Shown here: positions 48,832-57,114 of the stretch, piece by piece | How the letters are laid out: every line of letters begins with the position of its first letter | Numbering within the stretch: position 1 is the first letter of the stretch | Assembly (NCBI GenBank): GCA_040387735.1 | Contig: JAZKDE010000056.1 | Location: forward strand, 4,395-68,394 | DNA: 64,000 bases | Reading direction: 5' to 3' | From: Bacteroidota bacterium | GTDB taxonomy: Bacteria > Bacteroidota > Bacteroidia > Cytophagales > Spirosomataceae | Position numbers and translations under genes: made by a program | Notes under the pieces: model-generated | Seen by the model: the letters and a program-made list of their open reading frames with translations, nothing else | Databases searched by the model: none | Told to the model about the DNA's origin: nothing

Positions 48832-49428
48832 ATGGCATACGATAAATTTACGGTACTTCGTTCGACAGCAGTGCCACTTCCAATAGAAAATGTCGATACT
48901 GACCAAATCATCCCTGCTCGTTTCTTGAAAGCTACGAAGCGTGAAGGTTTTGGCGATAATTTATTCAGAGATTGGCGTTATAACAACGACGAATCTCCAA
49001 AGCAAGATTTCGTCTTGAATAACCCAACTTACTCAGGTTCAATCCTTGTAGGTGGTCGTAACTTCGGTTCGGGTTCAAGCCGTGAACACGCCGCTTGGGC
49101 GATTTATGACTACGGTTTCCGTTGCGTAATTTCAAGCTTCTTTGCAGATATTTTTAAAGGTAATTCTTTGAATATCGGTATTTTACCAGTAACTGTTAGC
49201 CCAGAATTTTTAGATAAAATCTTCTTGGCAATTGAAGCTGACCCAAAAGCAGAAATTGAAGTAAATCTTCCAGAGCAAAAAGTTACCATTGTAGCATCGG
49301 GTGAAAGCGAAGGCTTTACCATCAACGGTTACAAAAAGAACAACATGCTCAACGGTTTTGATGATATTGACTATCTACAAAGCATGAAAGGTGAAATTGC
49401 AGCATTTGCAGAGAAGAGTCTTTATTAA
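48832..49428 (+). CDS. leuD: 3-isopropylmalate dehydratase small subunit
   Basis: MAYDKFTVL.S.AVPL..ENVDTDQIIPARFLK and GSSREHA. The ATG at 48832 matches the family N-terminus, and the ORF-track start at 48790 adds 14 aa. Confidence 0.95.
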   Translation: MAYDKFTVLRSTAVPLPIENVDTDQIIPARFLKATKREGFGDNLFRDWRYNNDESPKQDFVLNNPTYSGSILVGGRNFGSGSSREHAAWAIYDYGFRCVISSFFADIFKGNSLNIGILPVTVSPEFLDKIFLAIEADPKAEIEVNLPEQKVTIVASGESEGFTINGYKKNNMLNGFDDIDYLQSMKGEIAAFAEKSLY

Positions 49429-49431
49429 GAA

Positions 49432-49577
49432 GTTGCGAATTGTAAGTTGTGAGTTGTGAGTTAACGAGCAGTAAATTGTATTTGTGAATTATTAATTATG
49501 AGAAAACTCATGAAAACTCACAATTCACTACTCACAGTTCACAATTCACAACTCATCATTCGCTCATTCACAATTGA
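49432..49577. repeat. leuD-leuA spacer made of about 21 phased heptamers in inverted arrays
   Basis: Left half: GTTGCGA ATTGTAA GTTGTGA GTTGTGA GTTAACG AGCAGTA AATTGTA TTTGTGA ATTATTA ATTATGA. Right half: AACTCAC AATTCAC TACTCAC AGTTCAC AATTCAC AACTCAT CATTCGC TCATTCA CAATTGA. Confidence 0.85.
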
Positions 49578-49579
49578 AT

Positions 49580-51097
49580 ATGCGACACATAGAAATAATG
49601 GACACGACGCTTCGTGATGGTGAACAAACCAGCGGAGTGTCTTTCTCGGCTTCTGAAAAGCTAACGATTGCTCAGTTACTTTTGAAAGAAGTAATGGTGG
49701 ATAGATTAGAAGTCGCTTCGGCAAGAGTATCGGCGGGTGAATTTGATGCGGTTAAGAAAATTACCGAGTGGGCGGCTGAGAATGGTTGTTTGGATAAAAT
49801 TGAAGTTTTAACCTTCGTTGACGGTGACACTTCGGTCAATTGGATGTTAGAAGCGGGTGCAAAAGTGATGAACCTTCTCACAAAAGGCTCATTAAATCAC
49901 CTCACGCACCAACTCAAAAAAACACCCGAACAGCACTTTTCTGAAATCGCTCAGGTGATTGCTTTGGCTCGTTCTAAAGGAATTTTGTGTAATGTTTATT
50001 TAGAAGATTGGAGTAATGGAATGCGTAATTCTCCCGAATATGTTTTTCAATACCTTGATTTTTTGACGAAAGAACCCATCGAAAGAGTGCTTTTGCCCGA
50101 TACTTTGGGAGTATTGACACCAAGAGAAACCTTTGATTTCTTGGATGCTATCGTAAAACGTTACCCAAATACGCACTTCGATTTTCATGCTCATAACGAT
50201 TACGATTTAAGCATTGCCAATGTCATGGAAGCCATTCGTGCGGGCGTACAAGGCTTGCACTTAACCGTGAATGGCATGGGAGAGCGTGCAGGAAATGCTT
50301 CTTTGGCAAGTACCATTGCGGTAATCAACGATTTTATGCCCGAAGTGAAGACGATGGTAGTTGAAAAATCTTTGTATTCGGTAAGTAAATTGGTAGAGAC
50401 TTTTTCGGGTTTCAGAATTCCAGTGAATAAGCCAGTTGTAGGTGAAAATGTTTTTACGCAAACGGCTGGTATTCATGCGGATGGCGACAATAAAAAGAAT
50501 CTTTATTTCAACAATTTAATGCCCGAACGTTTTGGTCGATTGCGTCAATACGCTTTAGGAAAAACCTCTGGAAAGGCAAATATTGAGAAAAATTTGCAAG
50601 AATTAGGGATCACTTTAGCCGATGCCGATTTGAAAAAAGTAACGCAAAGAATTATCGAATTGGGTGACAGAAAAGAAGCCGTAACTCGTGAAGATTTGCC
50701 GTATATTATTTCGGACGTATTGGATAGCAGTGCCATTGAAGAAAAAGTTATCGTATTGAATTACGTTTTGACACATTCTAAAAACCTAAAGCCTTCTGCC
50801 ACTTTACAAGTAAAAATTGGCGAAGAAATTTTTGAAGAATCTGCTCAAGGAGACGGACAATATGATGCCTTCATGAACGCCTTGAAGAAAATATATTGTC
50901 AAAAGAATATCGAACTTCCACAACTGACGGATTATGCCGTAAGGATTCCACCAGGAGGAAAAACCGATGCCCTTTGTGAGACGATTATTACGTGGGCTTA
51001 TAATGGTAGAAGTTTAAAAACTCGTGGACTCGACTCTGACCAAACAGTTTCGGCTATCATTGCGACACAGAAAATGCTGAATATAATTAGCGTTTAA
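49580..51097 (+). CDS. 2-isopropylmalate synthase / (R)-citramalate synthase family enzyme
   Basis: IMDTTLRDGEQT.GVSFS, the HAHND metal site and a C-terminal LeuA-dimer regulatory domain. The N-terminal block (LL.E..VDR.EVASARVS.GE) looks to me more like the CimA/LeuA2 subgroup, so the substrate is ambiguous. Confidence 0.85.
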   Translation: MRHIEIMDTTLRDGEQTSGVSFSASEKLTIAQLLLKEVMVDRLEVASARVSAGEFDAVKKITEWAAENGCLDKIEVLTFVDGDTSVNWMLEAGAKVMNLLTKGSLNHLTHQLKKTPEQHFSEIAQVIALARSKGILCNVYLEDWSNGMRNSPEYVFQYLDFLTKEPIERVLLPDTLGVLTPRETFDFLDAIVKRYPNTHFDFHAHNDYDLSIANVMEAIRAGVQGLHLTVNGMGERAGNASLASTIAVINDFMPEVKTMVVEKSLYSVSKLVETFSGFRIPVNKPVVGENVFTQTAGIHADGDNKKNLYFNNLMPERFGRLRQYALGKTSGKANIEKNLQELGITLADADLKKVTQRIIELGDRKEAVTREDLPYIISDVLDSSAIEEKVIVLNYVLTHSKNLKPSATLQVKIGEEIFEESAQGDGQYDAFMNALKKIYCQKNIELPQLTDYAVRIPPGGKTDALCETIITWAYNGRSLKTRGLDSDQTVSAIIATQKMLNIISV

Positions 51098-51249
51098 AAA
51101 ATCAAGTAGAAGGAATTCTAATGTGATTTTGGAGTGAAGGTTCAAAGGATTTTTGCCAATAAAATACCAAAAGCTACCTTTTTTCTTTGTGCCTTGGTGG
51201 CAAAACATTCACTAATAAACTTAGAGCCTTTGTGGCTAAATACAATAAA

Positions 51250-52320
51250 ATGAAAAAACATATCTTAGTAGTCCCAGGTGACGGAATTGGGCAAGAAGTA
51301 ACAACCGTTGGTAAAAAAGTTTTAGAGAAAATCGCTGAGAAATTCGGACATGAATTTACGTATGACGAAGCTCTTATCGGTCACGTAGCTATTGAAGCAA
51401 CAGGAGTTCCACTTCCTGAGGAAACTTTAGTTAAAATGCGTGCTTCTGACGCAATCCTTTTCGGAGCAGTTGGTCACGCCAAATACGACAACGACCCACA
51501 CGCTAAAGTGCGTCCAGAGCAAGGTTTATTGAAAATGCGTAAAGAATTAGGTTTGTACGCAAACCTTCGTCCAATCAAATTATTTGATGAATTGTTAGAA
51601 GCATCTTCTATTAAGCCAGAAATTTTGAAAGGAGCAGATATTCTTTTCTTTCGTGAATTAACGGGTGACGTTTACTTCGGCAAAAGAGAAAGAATCGACG
51701 AAGGAAATACTGCTTATGACACGATGATTTATAGCAAATATGAAGTTGAGCGTATTGCACGCAAGGCTTTCGATGCAGCCATGACTCGTGGTAAAAAATT
51801 GATGTCAGTTGACAAAGCTAACGTATTGGAATCGAGCCGTTTGTGGAGAGAAACTGTACAAGAAATTGCTCCAGAATATCCAGAAGTAGAGGTGACGCAC
51901 CAATTTGTGGATTCTTGTGCGATGATGTTAATTAAAGACCCAAAACAATTTGACGTAGTCGTTACAGGTAATTTATTTGGAGATATTTTGACGGATGAAG
52001 CTTCTCAAATTGCAGGTTCGATGGGAATGTTAGCATCGGCTTCAATCGGTGATAGCACAGGTGTTTATGAACCAATTCACGGTTCTGGGCACGATATTGC
52101 GGGTAAAGGCATTGCAAATCCAATGGCTTCTGTTTTATCGGTTGCTTTATTATTAGATATTTCATTTGGTTTAAAGGCAGAAGCAGAAGCAGTGATTGCG
52201 GCGATTGACTCAGTCTTGAAAGCAGGTTTCCGTACTGGAGATATTGCCACAAAAGATACGCCAAAAAATATGATTTTGGGAACTGATGCAATCGGAGAAG
52301 AGATTCTAAATAGATTATAA
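51250..52320 (+). CDS. leuB: 3-isopropylmalate dehydrogenase
   Basis: MKKHILVVPGDGIGQEV, NLFGDILTDE and GS.GM..SAS. The ATG at 51250 is preferred over the ORF-track start at 51187. Confidence 0.96.
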   Translation: MKKHILVVPGDGIGQEVTTVGKKVLEKIAEKFGHEFTYDEALIGHVAIEATGVPLPEETLVKMRASDAILFGAVGHAKYDNDPHAKVRPEQGLLKMRKELGLYANLRPIKLFDELLEASSIKPEILKGADILFFRELTGDVYFGKRERIDEGNTAYDTMIYSKYEVERIARKAFDAAMTRGKKLMSVDKANVLESSRLWRETVQEIAPEYPEVEVTHQFVDSCAMMLIKDPKQFDVVVTGNLFGDILTDEASQIAGSMGMLASASIGDSTGVYEPIHGSGHDIAGKGIANPMASVLSVALLLDISFGLKAEAEAVIAAIDSVLKAGFRTGDIATKDTPKNMILGTDAIGEEILNRL

Positions 52321-52337
52321 TTATTAGATTTTAGTCA

Positions 52338-52381
52338 AACAAAAAGCTGACGAAGTAATACACTTTGTCAGCTTTTTGTTT
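52338..52381. terminator. Bidirectional terminator between leuB and the LD-carboxypeptidase gene
   Basis: An 18-bp stem aaacaaaaagctgacgaag/ctttgtcagctttttgttt (one G-U). A and T runs are built into the stem ends. Confidence 0.85.
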
Positions 52382-52402
52382 TCATTTTATTCCAAGAAAT
52401 TA

Positions 52403-53350
52403 TTACATAGTCAAAGCATCTTCCGTTAAGAAAACGCCATTTTGGGCTACTTTCAAGGTTAGTATTCTTCCACAAGGCATTGCCCAATTATCAGCTTCGT
52501 GTCCAACAGGAAAATCATAACAAACAGGAAAATCATAATCCGCAACGGCTTCTTGAATTATCTCATTGGCAGTTTTACCAAAAGGGACATTATTGTCCTG
52601 ACAATCCGAAAAACTCCCCACAATCAATCCTGCCAGATTTTGCAATTTCCCGCTACGTTTTAATTGTATCATCATACGATCAATGCTGTACAAATACTCA
52701 TTTACGTCTTCCAAAAACAAAATCTTTTCATCATAATTAATATCTGACTTTGAACCAGTTAGATGAGAAAGCATAGCTAAATTACCCCCAATTAATTGCC
52801 CTCTCGCTAAACCAAAACGATTCATCTCATTCGGAAGAATTTCATATAAAAGAGGCTCACCAAATAGTAATTTCCTAAGACTTTCTAATGAGTACTCACC
52901 GCCTTCTTGCAAAAATAGTTTGGGCATAGTAGCGTGTAAACTTTCAATATTCAAGGTATGAATATGACAATGAACAGCAGTAATATCTGAAAAACCAACA
53001 ACCCATTTAGGTGATTTCTGAAAGGTTCCAAAGTTAAGATTATCCAATAATCGAGAACTCCCATAACCCCCTCTGGCTGAAAAAATCGCCTTAATTTCTG
53101 GATTATCCAACATCAATTGAAAGTCATTTCTACGTATTTGGTCAGTCCCCGCAAACTGGTGGTATTCACTCCTGAGGGATTCGCCTAAAATAACGGTTAA
53201 ACCCCAAACATTTTCCATCAATTCAATGGCTGGCTTGAGAACTTCAAAATCGACTTTGCAGGCTAATGCCAATAAGCCTACAGTATCACCTTTTTGTAAA
53301 GAATTTGGTCGCAAAATTTCCGAATTATTGGTTAAATGGGTAGTCGTCAC
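52403..53350 (-). CDS. LD-carboxypeptidase (S66 family, LdcA/MccF-like)
   Basis: 315 aa from a GTG start, with the GYSD-type nucleophile region (GFSDITA) and a C-terminal H/E region (PVGH). Confidence 0.8.
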   Translation of the reverse strand: MTTTHLTNNSEILRPNSLQKGDTVGLLALACKVDFEVLKPAIELMENVWGLTVILGESLRSEYHQFAGTDQIRRNDFQLMLDNPEIKAIFSARGGYGSSRLLDNLNFGTFQKSPKWVVGFSDITAVHCHIHTLNIESLHATMPKLFLQEGGEYSLESLRKLLFGEPLLYEILPNEMNRFGLARGQLIGGNLAMLSHLTGSKSDINYDEKILFLEDVNEYLYSIDRMMIQLKRSGKLQNLAGLIVGSFSDCQDNNVPFGKTANEIIQEAVADYDFPVCYDFPVGHEADNWAMPCGRILTLKVAQNGVFLTEDALTM

Positions 53351-53465
53351 ACACTAAACGACATTTTATTATGTTATGTAAATATATAATCAGCTTGTTA
53401 AAAACCTAATAATTAATTGAGCTGAGTTAGTAAAATTACGTACTCATTTCGGATTCGTTTTTAAA

Positions 53466-54503
53466 TTATCCAATAAAATAATCACTCTGTTTACCTTCTT
53501 CAGCTTCTTTAACGGGCGGAGTATATTCGCTCGTAAGGATAACGTCTTGAATGTCAGAAATTTTTGTTAAATCCAAACTAACAATCCCCGCCCCTACTTT
53601 GTCGCTGAACATAGGTAAAAATTTTGCTCCAAAAACCATCTCTCGGGAATGAAAAGAAGTCCGAGAATGAACAGTTTGATTAAAAGTATCTTCTGTAGCC
53701 CTTATCAAAACCAAAAACTCAGCATCGGCTTTTATTAACTCTTCTTTGCCTAATCCAAACATTGGGCTATCCTGAGTAATTGCGTGAACTATTGTCCAAT
53801 TTGTCGGGAAAAAATTCACTTTATCTCGTTCCAAATTTAGACCAAAGTATCGTCTCAATACTTTGCCATCAACCTGTTTTTCCAGTATTGACATTGCTAC
53901 TTCCACTTGGAGGTCAATTAACTGATTCGCTCGTTCATTAACAACCCGAAACATAAAACCCGTTACGTCCAAATAAGGAGCAATAATGGCTTTATCGGAA
54001 TACAAAATGTGAGCGACTGGCTTAGAAAAACGCCCATAGAGCAAACTGGTAGCCAAAGCAAAAATCAAAAGGCCAAGCAATGACTCTACTGCTGCGACTG
54101 AACTCGCCCAAAAACCAATCGGGGCAATCCGTCCATAACCAACCGTCGTGAGAGTTTGAGATGAGAAAAAGAAGGCATCCATCAACCGACTTTTCACCGA
54201 TGTCATGTCTGCTCCCTGCAAATTTTCAATGCCCACAAGTTCGTAAATACCCGCAAAAATTAAATTTAAGGTCAGGTAAAATGACACAATAAGTTCGAAA
54301 AAACGCCCCCAAGTGCATACCATTAGGCGGTTGAAAATATTGACTCTACTCCAAAAAGAACCTCCTTCTCGCTTCACATTAAAGCTTCCATCACGGTTTA
54401 GCAGCCGAGTATCAGGGTCATTTATTTGAGTACCAAAGCCTAAATCTCGGCGTTTTTCTTCGGCTTCAACAAGTTTATCTTTTTTGGGGTGAAGTAAATT
54501 CAT
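53466..54503 (-). CDS. Inward-rectifier-type potassium channel (KirBac-like)
   Basis: Two TM flank a pore helix with the selectivity filter TTVGYG, followed by a cytoplasmic beta-rich domain of about 170 aa as in the Kir/KirBac architecture. Confidence 0.8.
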   Translation of the reverse strand: MNLLHPKKDKLVEAEEKRRDLGFGTQINDPDTRLLNRDGSFNVKREGGSFWSRVNIFNRLMVCTWGRFFELIVSFYLTLNLIFAGIYELVGIENLQGADMTSVKSRLMDAFFFSSQTLTTVGYGRIAPIGFWASSVAAVESLLGLLIFALATSLLYGRFSKPVAHILYSDKAIIAPYLDVTGFMFRVVNERANQLIDLQVEVAMSILEKQVDGKVLRRYFGLNLERDKVNFFPTNWTIVHAITQDSPMFGLGKEELIKADAEFLVLIRATEDTFNQTVHSRTSFHSREMVFGAKFLPMFSDKVGAGIVSLDLTKISDIQDVILTSEYTPPVKEAEEGKQSDYFIG

Positions 54504-54702
54504 AATTGAGCAGTTTTAATAAATGACTAACTCCGTTTATGAATTTTTCGTTTCAATAGTTTTTCAAATTGACCCTTCACGGATAAAATGGATTTGCTCC
54601 GAAAATCTTTATTTTGAGGCAAGACAGCCTTCAAATGTACTAATCTCCGATTCTATTTTCAGAAAATATTGGTAATCAGACAAAAACAATCATAAAATGA
54701 AT

Positions 54703-54710
54703 TATTTTTG
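54703..54710 (+). promoter_or_regulatory. Candidate -7 box upstream of the thioredoxin-fold gene
   Basis: TATTTTTG at 54703-54710, 69 nt before the ATG. Confidence 0.3.
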
Positions 54711-54778
54711 TTTCACAATACGTTACTATCACTGAATATCATCGTCTCGAAAAATCAGTACTTAATCATTGACCCAAC

Positions 54779-55324
54779 ATGAAAAATCTTTTATTTACGC
54801 TAATATTTTCTTCCCTATTATTTACAGGCAAAGCTCAAGCAGTTAATGAACACGCTGGACAAAAAATCCAATGGATGACACTGGAACAAGCTTTTGCAGC
54901 TACCCAGAAAGAACCACGCAAAATCATGGTCGATGTTTATACAGGCTGGTGCGGCTGGTGTAAAGTGATGGACCAAAGAACTTTTCCTAATGATAAAGTA
55001 GCGAGTTTTGTAAGCGAGAAATTTTATGCGGTAAAATTGGATGCAGAACAAAAAGATACAATCACCATTGGTACTCAAAAATATATTTGGCAAAATGGCT
55101 ATAATCAAGCGGGTGTAGCTCTTTTGCAGGGAAAAATGTCTTTCCCAACAATTGTTTATTTAGACGAAAAATTTAATATGATTCAGTCTGTTCCTGGCTT
55201 TCAGGAAGCACCGCAATTTCACCAAGTAATAACTTTCTTTGGGGACAATCATTACAAAAAAGGCAACTGGGATCAATATCAAAGAGACGTTTATCCGAAA
55301 CAATACGGTGAAGGAAAAAAATAA
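54779..55324 (+). CDS. Exported thioredoxin-fold protein (DUF255/DsbD-gamma-like)
   Basis: Signal peptide and a WCGWCK redox motif. Confidence 0.75.
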   Translation: MKNLLFTLIFSSLLFTGKAQAVNEHAGQKIQWMTLEQAFAATQKEPRKIMVDVYTGWCGWCKVMDQRTFPNDKVASFVSEKFYAVKLDAEQKDTITIGTQKYIWQNGYNQAGVALLQGKMSFPTIVYLDEKFNMIQSVPGFQEAPQFHQVITFFGDNHYKKGNWDQYQRDVYPKQYGEGKK

Positions 55325-55343
55325 AGGACAGGTATTTATAACC

Positions 55344-55381
55344 AAAAAGTGGGCAAGATTTTCATCTTACCCACTTTTTTT
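55344..55381. terminator. Bidirectional terminator between the thioredoxin-fold gene and the 55401-56159 gene
   Basis: Stem aaaaagtgggcaaga/tcttacccacttttt (one mismatch) with flanking A and T runs. Confidence 0.8.
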
Positions 55382-55400
55382 ACGATATATTTGAAAGTTC

Positions 55401-56159
55401 TTAAAACTGCATTCCGTCTAAATCATTCACCGAAACAATATATTTAGACTCATTATTTCCCATTCGTACTTTCAAATGGTAATTACCGCCCGCCAAATAG
55501 TACAAAGGTTTCAAAACACCCGTTTGAGTTGCTTCACTGTATTTATAATCACAAGGAATTCCCATCCCTGTTTCCGTCGTTAAAATCGGAATTAATCTAC
55601 TATCGCCCGTTTTGATATGAATTACGTTATTTTCGTCTGTTTGTAAACATCTTACAATTTCACTCGGTGCTGGAACGGCATCGAGCATGATTCTCACGGG
55701 AGCATAAACAACGGTTTTATCTTCCTCGTCAACTTCCATAATGCGGTAATATTTCGTACCAATATTCATTTTTGGGTCAATAAAAGTATATAGCGACCTT
55801 TCTTCTTGACTCGGTTCAACTTTTATTTCTCTTAAATCATAAAAATTCTCTTTGTCGTGACTAATCTGAATAACATACATTTTAGCTTGGTGTCCCACTG
55901 CACTAACCCATGACAACTTTGCTTTGTAATTTTCATCAAGAATTACTTTCAACGAAATTTTTGAATTACTCATCGATCTGATGGGTTCAAACATTTTTTT
56001 GTTAATAGCAGAGATTTTTAATTGATTTTCATCAAACAAATTGACCGTAAAGTATTTGTATTCTTTATTGGCTAATAACTTGAAGGGCTTTGCGGGAATG
56101 GCAAAAGAAGCGTTAATGATAAAAATCATCAACATTGCATAAAGGAACGTTTTTTTCAT
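55401..56159 (-). CDS. Secreted hypothetical protein
   Basis: 252 aa with a signal peptide and beta-rich composition. The C-terminal approx. 70 aa (GNYHLKVRMGNNESKYIVSV) vaguely resemble a T9SS sorting domain. Not verified. Confidence 0.4.
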   Translation of the reverse strand: MKKTFLYAMLMIFIINASFAIPAKPFKLLANKEYKYFTVNLFDENQLKISAINKKMFEPIRSMSNSKISLKVILDENYKAKLSWVSAVGHQAKMYVIQISHDKENFYDLREIKVEPSQEERSLYTFIDPKMNIGTKYYRIMEVDEEDKTVVYAPVRIMLDAVPAPSEIVRCLQTDENNVIHIKTGDSRLIPILTTETGMGIPCDYKYSEATQTGVLKPLYYLAGGNYHLKVRMGNNESKYIVSVNDLDGMQF

Positions 56160-56214
56160 GGGTTATTTATACTCGTTAGTGTACCCAGATATTCCGCAAA
56201 ACTTATACCAATAA

Positions 56215-56790
56215 TTACAGAATCTTCAAAATATTTCCAATATTTGCACGCTGTTGGTAATTTTCATCAAAATGTACAAATTCTATCTTTCCATCTTGCC
56301 CAATTACATAAGTTGCAGGTACAGGAAGTATCCAATCTCCTTGCTTCTTTTCTAAATCCAATCCATAACCTTTATATTTGGTTTGCATATCGTCCGACAT
56401 TGAATAAGCCACTTTCCAATCTTTCATAATCTTACGGTCTTTGTCGTAAATTATTGAAAATGTTGATTTTGTCTTCTCAACGGCTTTGCTGATAGATTCC
56501 TCAGGTTCAGGAGTTATGGCAATAACCTTTGCATTTTTTGTACTAAATTCTGGTAAAGCTTGCTCTAATTGGCTCATATATTTATTGCAATAAGGACACC
56601 AAGCTCCTCGATAAAACATCAAAACGACCTTTCCCTTTTCTGTTAATTCTTTGAGACTAATCATTTTTCCGTTATGGTCTTTTCCTACAAAATTAGGAGC
56701 GTTATCACCTACTTTTAAGGCAATGGGTTTATCCTGAGCAAAGGTTGAGAAAAAACTCATTATTAGGATAATTGTAATCAATTTGTTCAT
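56215..56790 (-). CDS. Exported redoxin / AhpC-TSA family thiol-disulfide oxidoreductase
   Basis: Signal peptide after the ATG at 56790 and a WCPYC active site. Confidence 0.8.
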   Translation of the reverse strand: MNKLITIILIMSFFSTFAQDKPIALKVGDNAPNFVGKDHNGKMISLKELTEKGKVVLMFYRGAWCPYCNKYMSQLEQALPEFSTKNAKVIAITPEPEESISKAVEKTKSTFSIIYDKDRKIMKDWKVAYSMSDDMQTKYKGYGLDLEKKQGDWILPVPATYVIGQDGKIEFVHFDENYQQRANIGNILKIL

Positions 56791-56983
56791 AAATAAATGA
56801 AATTTAAGTTTAATAATTGTAAAAATAGGAGATTTGGTCTTCTCAAAATGTAAGTCAGCCGACATTCAAAAAAATTGTTTTCACAATCCATTTTAAAGCC
56901 TTATTTTTACACCGAAAAACAGTCTAATTATTTGATTTTGTGAATATTTCAAGAAGTTTTTGAAGAATATTTGCTCATTCAGA

Positions 56984-57095
56984 GGTATTAGGAATTTGGT
57001 ATTTGGTTTTAGTATTTTAACGGATTACTTATTTTGGATAATCTTGAAAAACTAATCCCTAAAACCCAATCCCTAAAACCTATTACCTAAAACAT
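56984..57095. repeat. Heptamer-phased spacer upstream of glyA, including three tandem 13-14-nt AATCCCTAAAACC units
   Basis: One phase throughout: GGTATTA GGAATTT GGTATTT GGTTTTA GTATTTT ... AATCCCT AAAACCC AATCCCT AAAACCT ATTACCT AAAACAT. Confidence 0.8.
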
Positions 57096-57114
57096 TCACT
57101 CATTGAATTTACCA

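Noticed and set aside
57054-57093. Telomere-like CCCTAAA / TTAGGG repeats (also at 9211-9217)
   Set aside because: The resemblance to eukaryotic telomere units is a by-product of the local heptamer consensus. There are only 2-3 units, embedded in a bacterial intergenic spacer.
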